A stretch of DNA of 64,000 nucleotides from an uncultured Verrucomicrobiae bacterium (lineage in GTDB: Bacteria > Chlamydiota > Chlamydiia > Chlamydiales > Rhabdochlamydiaceae), in NCBI GenBank assembly GCA_963818965.1, contig CAWFUG010000011.1, positions 288,001 through 352,000 on the forward strand, given 5' to 3'. Shown one piece after another: positions 1 through 9,017 of the stretch. Below the pieces are notes generated by a model. It saw nothing but the letters and a program-made list of their open reading frames with translations, made no database searches and was not told where the DNA came from. The translations under genes and the position numbers were made by a program. The first letter of the stretch is position 1. Every line of letters starts with the position of its first letter.

Positions 1-852
1 GAATTTTACGAGAGGGCGGAGATCAGGGATCTCATCGCCTATTTGCGCGTGATCGCCAATCCCCTCGACCAAGAAGCCCTTTTGAGAATCATCAATGTCC
101 CTAGACGAGGAATCTCCGATCAGACGCTCGATCGGCTGACTCAACTCAACCGACAAAAGGAGATCCCCCTCTGGACCATTCTCGAAGAGGTCGCCTCCCC
201 TCTCTCCTCTGAGCTCAAAAATGACCTCTCCTCTAGAGCGATTGAAGGGATCGCAGAATTCGTCGGGATTATCCGAGAGGCAAAAAACCTCTTTCACACG
301 CCGCCGCTGCATGAAGCCCTCGCGTGGCTCATCGATACGATCGATTACAGAAAGGCGATTGTCGATGATGTCAAGAGCGAGAAGATGCGCGACTTTAAGT
401 GGGAAAACGTCGCCCACTGCATCGATGCGCTAGCGATCTATGAGGAGGAACAAAAGGGGTTGGGTGCAGAGGATGCGATCTCTCTGCAACACTTTCTCGA
501 TCATTCGATGCTCGATCCAGACCACGCCCCACAGAGGGAAAAAAAGAAGCAAGAGGATAAGGTCAATCTCATGACGTTCCACAGCGCCAAGGGACTCGAG
601 TTCACGAGCTGCTATCTCGTCGGTCTAGAAGATCACATCCTCCCCCATGAAAAGAGCCTTCTCGAGACAGGGATCGAAGAGGAGCGCCGCCTCATGTACG
701 TCGCGATGACGCGCGCTAAGAAGCATTTGACTTTAAGCATGGCGCGCAATCGAAAGAAGATGGGAAAAGACCTCCAGACGACCCCCTCCCGCTTTCTGTT
801 TGAAATCCCCAAGGAATTCATCCGGATCACTTCCTGGCAAACCGTCGATTAG
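1..852 (+). CDS. uvrD: UvrD/Rep/PcrA superfamily 1 DNA helicase, C-terminal part (5' truncated by window edge)
   Basis: Frame is open from base 1 (EFYERAEIRDLIAYLR...); motifs INVPRRGI, LMTFHSAKGLEF, EEERRLMYVAMTRAK, PSRFL. Confidence 0.9.
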   Translation, partial: EFYERAEIRDLIAYLRVIANPLDQEALLRIINVPRRGISDQTLDRLTQLNRQKEIPLWTILEEVASPLSSELKNDLSSRAIEGIAEFVGIIREAKNLFHTPPLHEALAWLIDTIDYRKAIVDDVKSEKMRDFKWENVAHCIDALAIYEEEQKGLGAEDAISLQHFLDHSMLDPDHAPQREKKKQEDKVNLMTFHSAKGLEFTSCYLVGLEDHILPHEKSLLETGIEEERRLMYVAMTRAKKHLTLSMARNRKKMGKDLQTTPSRFLFEIPKEFIRITSWQTVD

Positions 853-877
853 GGCCTGGCGTTAAAAACCAAAAATT

Positions 878-955
878 AACCACAGAGAGCACAGAGGACA
901 CAGAGAGAAAAACAAAAAAATTTCCCTCTCTGTGTCCTCTGTGCTCTCTGTGGTT
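878..955. repeat. Palindromic element family A (CACAGAG-based), 30-bp perfect inverted repeat
   Basis: AACCACAGAGAGCACAGAGGACACAGAGAG (878-907) and its exact reverse complement (926-955), 18-nt loop; followed by TTTATGCAACAACGCCC, which resembles the ends of other copies. Confidence 0.95.
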
Positions 956-981
956 GTTATCTTCCCTTTATGCAACAACGC

Positions 982-1014
982 CCCAGAGCATTCCCAGAGC
1001 ATTCCCAGAGCACT
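982..1014. repeat. 11-bp tandem repeat x3 (CCCAGAGCATT)
   Basis: CCCAGAGCATT CCCAGAGCATT CCCAGAGCACT, directly after the family A element. Confidence 0.9.
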
Positions 1015-1874
1015 CATTTTTCCGCATTTGCCTCAGGCAAATGCTTGCGCAGCCACTCCGTTGCCTGACGCAACTCCTCCTTAAACTCTGGGGGTGCTTT
1101 GCGGTACGCCGCTTCAATATGGGTCCGAGCACCTGAGAGGTCGTTTTTCGAGAAGAGATGCTCTGCGATCATCCACTCTGCGCGCCACTCATTTTTTTTC
1201 TCTTTGAGTCGCAAGTACTGGAAAAGGGGTTTTAGGGCTTTTTTGGGATAATTTTTCCCCTTTGCTTTTCTCTGAAATTCCACAGCGGCTATGGCAAAGG
1301 GAAGGTCTTCGAAGGAGGCGCTCTTTCTCTGGAGCAGCTTTTTCTTGAAGGCGATAACCTTAGGATCTTTTGCCTTGTGCTTCTGCAAGAGAGCCGCGTA
1401 TTTCTGCAGGTGGAAGAAGGATCCTTTTTCTCGCTTAACCCCTTGATTGAGGATCACGTCCCGGTAACAAGTCGCAGAGAGCGCTGTTGCTTTCTCAAAA
1501 AGGTGCTTCCACCTCTCTTCATCAAACGGACCATTAGGGTGTTCTAGCGTGTGACAAATTTCTTCAAAATCTGCGATCAATCGATGGACCTTTTCTCCAT
1601 ATTCCCCTGCCTCTAAAGGCAACGCTCCCAAGCGAGCGAACTCTCTTCCCCTAGGGTCGAGGAGCAGAAGCATCGTCCCCTCTCTAGCCCCATACTGCTC
1701 TTTTTCTTCAGGGTTTAGCAGGCAAACCACTGTTTCCCCTTCAATTTTTTCCAGAAAATCGGGATGATGGAGGGCCTGTTCACAGAGAGCAACGATGACC
1801 TTGTTCTCTGGGCTCTCTAGGGCCCAGACGATAGGGATGTGGAACAGTAAAAGAAATAGCAGCTTCCAATTCAT
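1014..1874 (-). CDS. Exported hypothetical protein (possible degenerate thioredoxin-like region, C-terminal TPR-like helices)
   Basis: 286-aa ORF with a signal peptide (MNWKLLFLLLFHIPIVWA); TMLLLLDPRGREFARLG resembles a thioredoxin C-terminal strand; no CxxC. Confidence 0.5.
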   Translation of the reverse strand: MNWKLLFLLLFHIPIVWALESPENKVIVALCEQALHHPDFLEKIEGETVVCLLNPEEKEQYGAREGTMLLLLDPRGREFARLGALPLEAGEYGEKVHRLIADFEEICHTLEHPNGPFDEERWKHLFEKATALSATCYRDVILNQGVKREKGSFFHLQKYAALLQKHKAKDPKVIAFKKKLLQRKSASFEDLPFAIAAVEFQRKAKGKNYPKKALKPLFQYLRLKEKKNEWRAEWMIAEHLFSKNDLSGARTHIEAAYRKAPPEFKEELRQATEWLRKHLPEANAEK

Positions 1875-1894
1875 AATTAAATTTTATATATGAA

Positions 1895-2362
1895 ATGAGT
1901 CCTTTTCTTCCTACTCTTATTTTGAGACACCGCAAGGAAAACCTGAAAAAATGCAGCCTTAGAGGGTTAGAAACGCGGGGAGATTGTCTCTTTTGTACAT
2001 ATCCGAGAGATCCTCTGCCCGACCTCTCTGGCTATGCTCTCTTGACTTTGGACGCTCCTGTATTGGGAGAGGAAGATGGAGAATTAGGTCTTTTTTTAAT
2101 CGATGGAACCTGGCGCTATGCGGAGAAGATGTATCAGTCTCTTCCTCAACCCCATCGATTCCAAAAACGCTCTCTTCCCGCTCATTGGACGACAGCCTAC
2201 CCACGGAAACAGACGGAGTGTTCCGACCCGAGCCGAGGGCTCGCCTCGGTCGAAGCTCTCTATGCCGCCTATTGCGTGACAGGTCGCGACCCCAAGGGAC
2301 TGCTCGACCAGTACCACTGGTCAGAAGAATTTTTAATTCAGAATCGAGACTGGACATTTTAA
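1895..2362 (+). CDS. DTW/Tsr3-like RNA aminocarboxypropyltransferase family protein
   Basis: KKCS, LIDGTWRYA and GLASVEALYAA motifs. Confidence 0.65.
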   Translation: MSPFLPTLILRHRKENLKKCSLRGLETRGDCLFCTYPRDPLPDLSGYALLTLDAPVLGEEDGELGLFLIDGTWRYAEKMYQSLPQPHRFQKRSLPAHWTTAYPRKQTECSDPSRGLASVEALYAAYCVTGRDPKGLLDQYHWSEEFLIQNRDWTF

Positions 2363-2417
2363 TGAGTTTCTCTCTAGAATTTGGCGTATCATATTTGGCC
2401 GACGCGAAAGCTCTCGC

Positions 2418-2482
2418 GGTTCGATGAGCGCAAATGGGAGTAGTATTGCGTGGATACGTCTCCCATTTGCGCTCATCGAACC
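2418..2482. repeat. Palindromic element, 23-bp perfect inverted repeat
   Basis: GGTTCGATGAGCGCAAATGGGAG (2418-2440) / CTCCCATTTGCGCTCATCGAACC (2460-2482). Confidence 0.9.
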
Positions 2483-2543
2483 CGGGCTTAAGAAGTGGTC
2501 AAACATAGGATAAAGAAAAAATGGAGTCCTAAAAAACACACTA

Positions 2544-3800
2544 GTGAAACAGAAGACCTACCCCTTTGAAGAGCACCAGCTCAGCCTCGATAAAATCGAT
2601 CCAGACGCTTTGTATGTCATGGAAAAATTGCGCGCCAACGGATTTAACGCTTACCTCGTCGGCGGGAGCGTGCGCGATCTACTTTTGGACAAAAAACCGA
2701 AGGATTTCGATATCTCTACCTCTGCTGAACCAGAGGAAATTAAAAGACTTTTCCGTAACTCCATCTTGATCGGCCGGCGTTTTCGCCTGGCACATATCCG
2801 CTTTGGGAGAAAAATTTTTGAAGTGTCGACCTTTCGCTCAGGAGACATTGAAAGCGATACGCTCATTTTGCGCGATAATGTCTGGGGATCCCCAGAAGAA
2901 GATGCGATGCGCCGCGACTTTACGATCAACGGCCTTTTTTACGATTCTGCAACACAGGAGATCGTCGACTACGTCGATGGGTATCCCGATATCCAAAAAA
3001 GGGTCTTGCGCACGATCGGTCAGCCTTTCTTTCGCTTCAAACAAGATCCTGTTCGGATGTTGCGGTTGCTAAAATTTCAAGCCCGTTTCGGCTTCGACAT
3101 CGATCCCGACGCACACGTTGCCCTTCTCGAGTGCCGCAAAGAGATCATTAAAAGCTCCTCTGCGCGCATTCAAGAAGAGCTCTTGCGCATGCTCGAATCA
3201 GGCGCTGCTGAGTCTTTCTTTCGCCTCCTCACCGAGCATGGCTTCATCCACCTGATGATGCCTGCATTCGGGGAATACATGGAATCGAAGGAAGCGGAAG
3301 AGGTCTATGCCTACCTCAAAGAGATCGATACGACCTTCCACGATCCCACACGCCCCCCACTCTCTCGCTCTATCCTCCTCACCTGCTTGGTCTTTCCCCT
3401 ATTGGAAAAGAGGATCCAAACCCGCTTTCTCGACCGAGAAAAACTCCCCCATCTCGGGGAGATTTTCCGCGAGTCAGGAGATCAAATCAACGAGATCTTC
3501 GGCCCTTTCTTTGCCCTTTCTAGACGGCTGCGCGGGACGATGATGTCGATTTTGACCTCTCAATACCGGATCTCTCCTCTTGCTAAAAAGAAATACCACA
3601 AGTTAAGAGTTCCCAACGATCCCGATTTTCCTGAAGCGCTCAAATTCTTCGAAGTGCGCTCCAGCCTAGAGCCTGCTCTGCAGACGACCTGGGAAGAGTG
3701 GAACACAGTGATGCAAGCCGAACCCTCTGAGGAACAACCCCTCAGGCGCCGACGCAAGCGCAGACGACGTCCGCCTCGAGGAGAGGCTGCCAATGAGTAA
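2544..3800 (+). CDS. pcnB: Poly(A) polymerase I (class II nucleotidyltransferase)
   Basis: LVGGSVRDLLL, DFDI, RRDFTIN; PAP-type signature LIGRRFRLAHI; Arg-rich tail. Confidence 0.9.
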   Translation: MKQKTYPFEEHQLSLDKIDPDALYVMEKLRANGFNAYLVGGSVRDLLLDKKPKDFDISTSAEPEEIKRLFRNSILIGRRFRLAHIRFGRKIFEVSTFRSGDIESDTLILRDNVWGSPEEDAMRRDFTINGLFYDSATQEIVDYVDGYPDIQKRVLRTIGQPFFRFKQDPVRMLRLLKFQARFGFDIDPDAHVALLECRKEIIKSSSARIQEELLRMLESGAAESFFRLLTEHGFIHLMMPAFGEYMESKEAEEVYAYLKEIDTTFHDPTRPPLSRSILLTCLVFPLLEKRIQTRFLDREKLPHLGEIFRESGDQINEIFGPFFALSRRLRGTMMSILTSQYRISPLAKKKYHKLRVPNDPDFPEALKFFEVRSSLEPALQTTWEEWNTVMQAEPSEEQPLRRRRKRRRRPPRGEAANE

Positions 3801-4551
3801 CCTGCATCATTTGGACGAGATCGCTTTTTTAGGCCCTCCCACAAGTGCAGGTCCCCTCCCTGCTCTTTTTTATTTCTCACTCTCTGCGCGCGATAGCCTC
3901 ACCCTCGATCCCTTCAATCAGCCTGCGGCTTACCTCGAGCACTTGCCCATGAGGATCTTCTCCCTCACGCTTCCTGGTCATGAGAACAACCTCCCACCGA
4001 CACAAGCGCTCTACGTCTGGGCTCAGGAGCTAGGAAAGGGACACGACGTCATCGCTGCCTTTGTCGCAAAGGTCCAACAAAGCATCGCGCTCCTCTTAGA
4101 AAAGGGACTGATTTTTGAAGACAAACTCGCAGTTGCTGGTCTCTCGCGCGGCGCTTTTGTCGCAGCGCACGTCGCAGCAGCCATTCCACAGTTCCGCACA
4201 TTCTTGGGCTTTGCACCACTTACCCAGGTGAGCTTTGCCCAAGAGTTCGAAGCGATCGCCCGCAATCCACTCGTCGAAGCCTTAAGTCTCATGCACCTGA
4301 CCGATCGCCTGATCGATCGAAAGGTCCGCTTTTACATCGGCAATCTCGACACACGCGTCAGCACGCGGCGCTGCTTCGACTTCATCGAAAAACTCTCCCA
4401 AACCGCCTATGAACAACGGGTCCGCTCTCCCTCTGTAGAACTCTTCATCTACCCTTCGATCGGACACATGGGTCATGGAACGCCTCAGGCGATCTTTCAT
4501 CAAGGGGCACAGTGGATAGCTGATCAATTAGGGGTAAGCAATGCCGTGTGA
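3793..4551 (+). CDS. Alpha/beta hydrolase
   Basis: GLSRG nucleophile elbow, DTRV, GHMGH; overlaps both neighbouring genes. Confidence 0.75.
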   Translation: MSNLHHLDEIAFLGPPTSAGPLPALFYFSLSARDSLTLDPFNQPAAYLEHLPMRIFSLTLPGHENNLPPTQALYVWAQELGKGHDVIAAFVAKVQQSIALLLEKGLIFEDKLAVAGLSRGAFVAAHVAAAIPQFRTFLGFAPLTQVSFAQEFEAIARNPLVEALSLMHLTDRLIDRKVRFYIGNLDTRVSTRRCFDFIEKLSQTAYEQRVRSPSVELFIYPSIGHMGHGTPQAIFHQGAQWIADQLGVSNAV

Positions 4552-5677
4552 TCTCTATTTCTTTGCCGGAGAAACAAGCGGCGACTTACACGCGGAAGGA
4601 ATTATCCGTGCTTTAAAAGCACACAACCCAGATATCTGCATTGCAGGAGTCGCAGGCCCTAAAATGCGCGCTGCGGGTGTCGTCCACACGATTCCCATGG
4701 AGGCCTTTCAAGTGATGGGTTTTCTCGATGTCTTTTGGGCTCTTCCCCGTTTGATCCGACAATTTTACCAAGTTGTGAGAGAAATCGAGCGCCTACAACC
4801 CAAAGTCGTCGTCACCATCGACTACCCTGGATTTAATCTGCGCCTCATGCGCCATCTCAAGAAAAAAGGATTTAAAGGAAAGTGCATCCACTTCATCTCT
4901 CCCTCCGTGTGGGCATGGGGAAAAAAACGGATTCCTCTCATGGCACAAGTGCTCGATCAGCTCTTGACCATCCTCCCTTTTGAAAAAGCGCTGTTTAAAG
5001 AAACTCCTCTCGCAGTCACCTACGTCGGCCATCCCCTCGTCGAACGCCTACAGTCTCACACCTATCGCCCCCTCGCCCTCCCTGAAGGGAAAAAAATCGT
5101 CTCCCTTTTTCCCGGCAGCCGAAGAAAAGAGATCGAGCGCAACCTCCCCCTCTACCTCCGTGCCGCGAAAGATCTCGCTGCAGCGCATCCCGACCTCCAC
5201 TTCGCCCTCTCTGTCTCTGAAGAGCGGTTCCGCCCCTTGATTTTAGAGATCCTGAAAAAAGAATACGATCTGGAAAAAATCACCTTGGTAGATTCCGACG
5301 ACTCCTATGCGCTGATGCGCGCCTCCTACCTCGCGATTGCAAAGTCGGGGACAGTGACACTCGAGCTCGCTCTCCATCACATCCCCACCGTCGTCACCTA
5401 CGCGATCTCTCCCATCGATGTGTTCATCGCAAGAGACATCCTCCGGATCCGCCTCCCCCACTACTGCCTTGTGAACATCATCGCAGAAAAAGAGATCTTC
5501 CCCGAGCTCTTCGGCCCCGATTTTACTCTGGCCACCCTCAAACAAAATATCGAGACTCTGTTGCAACGAGAAACTTATGCATCTGTGCGGACTCAGTGCT
5601 CCCACCTCGTAGAACAACTCAGCTCTAAAAAGACCTCTGAAGAGGTCGCAGAAAGGATTTTATCATGGAACAATTAA
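4541..5677 (+). CDS. lpxB: Lipid A disaccharide synthase
   Basis: AGETSGD, IDYPGFN, SPSVWAW, YVGHPL, PGSR, KSGTVTLE. Confidence 0.95.
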   Translation: MPCDLYFFAGETSGDLHAEGIIRALKAHNPDICIAGVAGPKMRAAGVVHTIPMEAFQVMGFLDVFWALPRLIRQFYQVVREIERLQPKVVVTIDYPGFNLRLMRHLKKKGFKGKCIHFISPSVWAWGKKRIPLMAQVLDQLLTILPFEKALFKETPLAVTYVGHPLVERLQSHTYRPLALPEGKKIVSLFPGSRRKEIERNLPLYLRAAKDLAAAHPDLHFALSVSEERFRPLILEILKKEYDLEKITLVDSDDSYALMRASYLAIAKSGTVTLELALHHIPTVVTYAISPIDVFIARDILRIRLPHYCLVNIIAEKEIFPELFGPDFTLATLKQNIETLLQRETYASVRTQCSHLVEQLSSKKTSEEVAERILSWNN

Positions 5678-6132
5678 AAATTTACATCGACCGCTTTAAA
5701 GATGACCACAAAGAGCTTTTGAAAGAGAAACTCTCTCCTGCCCTTTTCGATATCGAAGATAAAGACCTCCACTTCCCGTCGCCCATTGAGATCGAAGCAG
5801 AAGTCTATCTAGCCAATGACCACCTCGTCATCCACTTTGATATAGAAACAACGGCCACCCTCCCCTGCTCGATCTGCAACCAACCCGCGCACTACCCCGT
5901 CTCGATCAAAAATTTGTACCTCACCAAACCCTTAAGCGAGATCCAAGGCGTCATCTACGACCTAACCGACGAAGTGCGCGAATCGATCCTCCTGCAAATC
6001 CCCCCCTTTGCCGAATGCAACACAGGCCAGTGCCCCGAACGGGAAAGTGTAAAAAAATACTTTAAGCCAACCACCGCTCCCCAGCAAAAAGGGGACACGC
6101 CCCACTTCCCATTTGCCGACCTCGATCGCTAA
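5665..6132 (+). CDS. YceD/DUF177 family protein
   Basis: CSIC and C..GQCP motifs, PFADL end, located upstream of rpmF. Confidence 0.8.
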   Translation: MEQLKIYIDRFKDDHKELLKEKLSPALFDIEDKDLHFPSPIEIEAEVYLANDHLVIHFDIETTATLPCSICNQPAHYPVSIKNLYLTKPLSEIQGVIYDLTDEVRESILLQIPPFAECNTGQCPERESVKKYFKPTTAPQQKGDTPHFPFADLDR

Positions 6133-6153
6133 TCTCTGAAAAATCTCAAAAGC

Positions 6154-6229
6154 TATATCCGGCGCGCTCAAATGCACCATCCTCAAGCGCGCGGGTTCAA
6201 TGGCCAACTTTTGAGTCACGTCGGGTATA
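6154..6229. repeat. TATA-ended palindromic element (imperfect TIR)
   Basis: TATATCCGGCGCGCTCAAA ... TTTGAGTCACGTCGGGTATA; the right end matches TATACCGAACGTGACTCAA at about 41589. Confidence 0.7.
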
Positions 6230-6279
6230 AAACAAAGACTTCACAAGTGTCGAATGATCCCTTGAATAATCCCGAAAAT

Positions 6280-6307
6280 CGACGAAAAATTTTACTGGGA
6301 TAGGTTC
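6280..6307. repeat. End of GAACCTATCC-family element
   Basis: Reverse complement matches 57644-57671 at 25/28 nt; a related end is at 41644-41658. Confidence 0.75.
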
Positions 6308-6383
6308 ATAGACTCATTTTTACTTTTAAAAAATGCCGTCTTTTTATATAAAGGACACATTCAATTTTGTGGAGTATCTACAC

Positions 6384-6566
6384 ATGGCAGTTCCTCGTAA
6401 TAGAACATCAAACGCTCGCAAAAATTCTCGCCGAGCGCATCACGCAAAGAAACCTAAGAACACCTCTTCGTGCCCTAATTGTGCAAAGCCCCATCTTTCG
6501 CACAGAATTTGTCCGCATTGCGGATTTTATGCAGGTCGCGCGGTGGTGCACGCGAAGGAAGGATAA
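6384..6566 (+). CDS. rpmF: 50S ribosomal protein L32
   Basis: MAVPRNRTSNARKNSRRAH, CPNC...CPHCG; GGAG SD upstream of ATG 6384. Confidence 0.95.
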   Translation: MAVPRNRTSNARKNSRRAHHAKKPKNTSSCPNCAKPHLSHRICPHCGFYAGRAVVHAKEG

Positions 6567-7575
6567 TATTTTAGCGGTCGGCATCGACTTACTAGGCGGC
6601 GATACCCCTCCTGAGGAGCTCCTTGAGTCGATCCTCGCAGAAGCCCCTCTTTCTGTGCAGTTGGTCCTTTTTGGAACAGAGGCCCTTTTCAAAGGGCATA
6701 GCCCCTGTTCCGATCAGATTTCCCTTTATCCGGTGAAGGAGATTATCTCGATGGAGGAGTCTCCTTTAAAAGCAGTTCGAAAGAAAAAAGATTCTTCGAT
6801 CTGCGTAGGCGTGCGTTTGCTAAAAGAGAAGAAGATCCAGGCGCTGATCTCACTTGGAAACACAGGTGCTCTAATGGGGGCCGCTAAGTGGGAATTAGAT
6901 CCCCTACCCAATGTCGAGCGCCCCGCCCTTCTCACCCTCCTTCCGACGCGAAAGAACGATCTCGCCGTCATCGACGTCGGCGCCAACACCACTTGTAAGG
7001 CAAAGTACTTGGTCGAACACGCTACCGTCGCCGTCGCTTACCAAAAGAGCCGCGGCATCACAGCGCCTAGGGTAGGCCTTCTCAACATCGGCTGTGAATC
7101 CTGCAAGGGGACACCTGAGTTAAAAGAAGCCTATCAACAACTGAAAGCTTGGGAAAAAAACCACCCTTCCGCCTTTTCTTTTGCAGGAAATATCGAAGCG
7201 CGCGATGTGTTTCATGGAGAGATCGACGTCCTCGTTACCGATGGATTTACGGGGAATATCTTTCTGAAGACAGCCGAGGGAATCGCCGCAGTCGTTCTCG
7301 AACAGAGCTCTTCCGATGATCCCAAGCTATACCACAGCCAGCTTGAAACTTCGAATTCGATCGCGCCAAATTCGAAGTTTCAAGCGGGCTGTGGTATAGG
7401 ACAGCGGCTGCATTACACAGAATACCCAGGAGCGCTTCTCTGCGGTGTCGATGGAATCATCATCAAATGCCACGGCAACTCGAGCGCACAGAGTCTGATC
7501 CGCAGCATCGCCATTGCATCTGATTTGATCCAAAACAACTTCCTCGACCAAATCAAAAAGACACTGACACTATGA
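6529..7575 (+). CDS. plsX: Phosphate acyltransferase (start uncertain: ATG 6529 or ATT 6568), with an in-frame palindromic insertion
   Basis: GIDLLGGD, GNTGAL, DVGAN, GLLNIG, TDGFTGNIFLKTAEG, IKCHG. Confidence 0.93.
   Translation: MQVARWCTRRKDNILAVGIDLLGGDTPPEELLESILAEAPLSVQLVLFGTEALFKGHSPCSDQISLYPVKEIISMEESPLKAVRKKKDSSICVGVRLLKEKKIQALISLGNTGALMGAAKWELDPLPNVERPALLTLLPTRKNDLAVIDVGANTTCKAKYLVEHATVAVAYQKSRGITAPRVGLLNIGCESCKGTPELKEAYQQLKAWEKNHPSAFSFAGNIEARDVFHGEIDVLVTDGFTGNIFLKTAEGIAAVVLEQSSSDDPKLYHSQLETSNSIAPNSKFQAGCGIGQRLHYTEYPGALLCGVDGIIIKCHGNSSAQSLIRSIAIASDLIQNNFLDQIKKTLTL
7327..7399. mobile_element. Palindromic MITE-like element inserted in-frame in plsX
   Basis: 31-bp arms with 1 mismatch (7327-7357 / 7369-7399), TA on both sides; removing 69 bp restores the frame. 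Confidence 0.85.
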
Positions 7576-8471
7576 CAAAACCCCTCTTCCGCTTAGCACA
7601 CCTCTCCGATCTCCACTTCTCCAAGATCACCTGGAACCCTGCCCAATTCCTATCCAAACAGTGGATTGGAAACCTCAACTGGATCTCCTCGCGCCAGCGG
7701 GAATTCACCCAAAGACCCCTCGAACTACTTCCCCCTTTACTCAAAGAATTGCAAGTCGATGCCGTATTGATCACAGGAGATCTCTCTTGCACCTCCCGAG
7801 AGACTGAATTCGAAATGGCCAAGCTATTCCTCGATAGCCTTAAAGAACAGGGAATGCGCATTTTCACACTCCCTGGCAATCACGACCAGTACACGCAAAG
7901 AGCCTACAGCACTCAGCGCTTCTACAATTTCTTCGATGCGACCTACGCTCCTGATGACTCCCCTCATGCCTTAAGCCTCAAAGAAGACAAGCTCACGAGC
8001 ACCTATCTCGGCCACCAGTGGTGGTTGTTTTCTCTAGATACAGCACTCGCTACTCCTCTGTTCAAATCCTCCGGCTATTTTTCTGAAGAACTCGAAGTAA
8101 AACTAGAAAAAGCACTCCGAGATATCCCCGCCCAAGATCGGGTCATCTTGATGAACCACTTCCCCCTCTTTTCCAACGAAACTCCCCGCAAAGAACTCGT
8201 ACGCAAAGAAGCCCTACAAGAGCTACTCAAACGATTTCCCTCGGTTACTTTTTATCTCCACGGACATAGCCACCGCCACGCGATCGCCGACCTCAGAAAT
8301 AGTCACCTCCCCATCGTCCTCGATAGCGGCGCCACAGCAAAAAAACGGGGCGGCACCTGGAATTTGATCGATCTAAATCCCAACGGCTGCACTATAGAAG
8401 CGTTTAGAAGTCGCTTGACACAAGAGGTGCCGACGTGGGAGACATTCTCTAAAATCCATTTTGGCTGGTGA
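7572..8471 (+). CDS. Metallophosphoesterase (CpdA/Icc-like)
   Basis: HLSDLH, ITGDL, PGNHD, HGHSH. Confidence 0.85.
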   Translation: MTKPLFRLAHLSDLHFSKITWNPAQFLSKQWIGNLNWISSRQREFTQRPLELLPPLLKELQVDAVLITGDLSCTSRETEFEMAKLFLDSLKEQGMRIFTLPGNHDQYTQRAYSTQRFYNFFDATYAPDDSPHALSLKEDKLTSTYLGHQWWLFSLDTALATPLFKSSGYFSEELEVKLEKALRDIPAQDRVILMNHFPLFSNETPRKELVRKEALQELLKRFPSVTFYLHGHSHRHAIADLRNSHLPIVLDSGATAKKRGGTWNLIDLNPNGCTIEAFRSRLTQEVPTWETFSKIHFGW

Positions 8472-8474
8472 TAC

Positions 8475-8903
8475 ATGGGAGAAAATAGTTGGTACAAAGA
8501 AGGGCTATCCTTCAAATGCACAGGGTGCGGACAATGCTGCACCGGATTTCCTGGCTATGTCTGGATAACCCCTGAAGAGATGCAAGCGATGGCAGAGGCG
8601 CTCGCTATCCCTCTCGAAGAATTCACAAAAAAATACACCCGCAAGCTCGGCAATCGCTACTCGCTCAAAGAGCGCCCCAAGACCTACGACTGTGTCTTCC
8701 TCCAGGGCAAAAAATGCACCGTCTACACGACCCGTCCCAAACAGTGCCGCACCTTCCCCTGGTGGCCAGAAAATATAGGCACTAAAGAGCAATGGGAAGA
8801 GACGGCTAAACTCTGCGAAGGGATCAACCACCCAGAAGCTACCACCGTCTCCTTCGAAGAGATCGAAGAACAACTCCTCATCCAGATAGGTAAGCCTAAA
8901 TAG
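8475..8903 (+). CDS. YkgJ family CxxCxxCC Fe-S/zinc protein
   Basis: CTGCGQCC, CVFL, CTVY..RPKQCRTFPWW. Confidence 0.88.
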   Translation: MGENSWYKEGLSFKCTGCGQCCTGFPGYVWITPEEMQAMAEALAIPLEEFTKKYTRKLGNRYSLKERPKTYDCVFLQGKKCTVYTTRPKQCRTFPWWPENIGTKEQWEETAKLCEGINHPEATTVSFEEIEEQLLIQIGKPK

Positions 8904-9017
8904 GGTGTGCGTATTTTGAAGATGGTCTGTATTGCAAGAAAATACAGCCACCCTTACCATACGCAGTTTCACGCTCCCCTTAAGCTCCCCTTTTTCAAAC
9001 AACTTGAAGGATAGGTC

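Noticed and set aside
6333..6528. Extended starts for rpmF (6333) and plsX (6367)
   Set aside because: L32 homology starts at 6384 with an SD; the plsX extension is an alternative frame of rpmF
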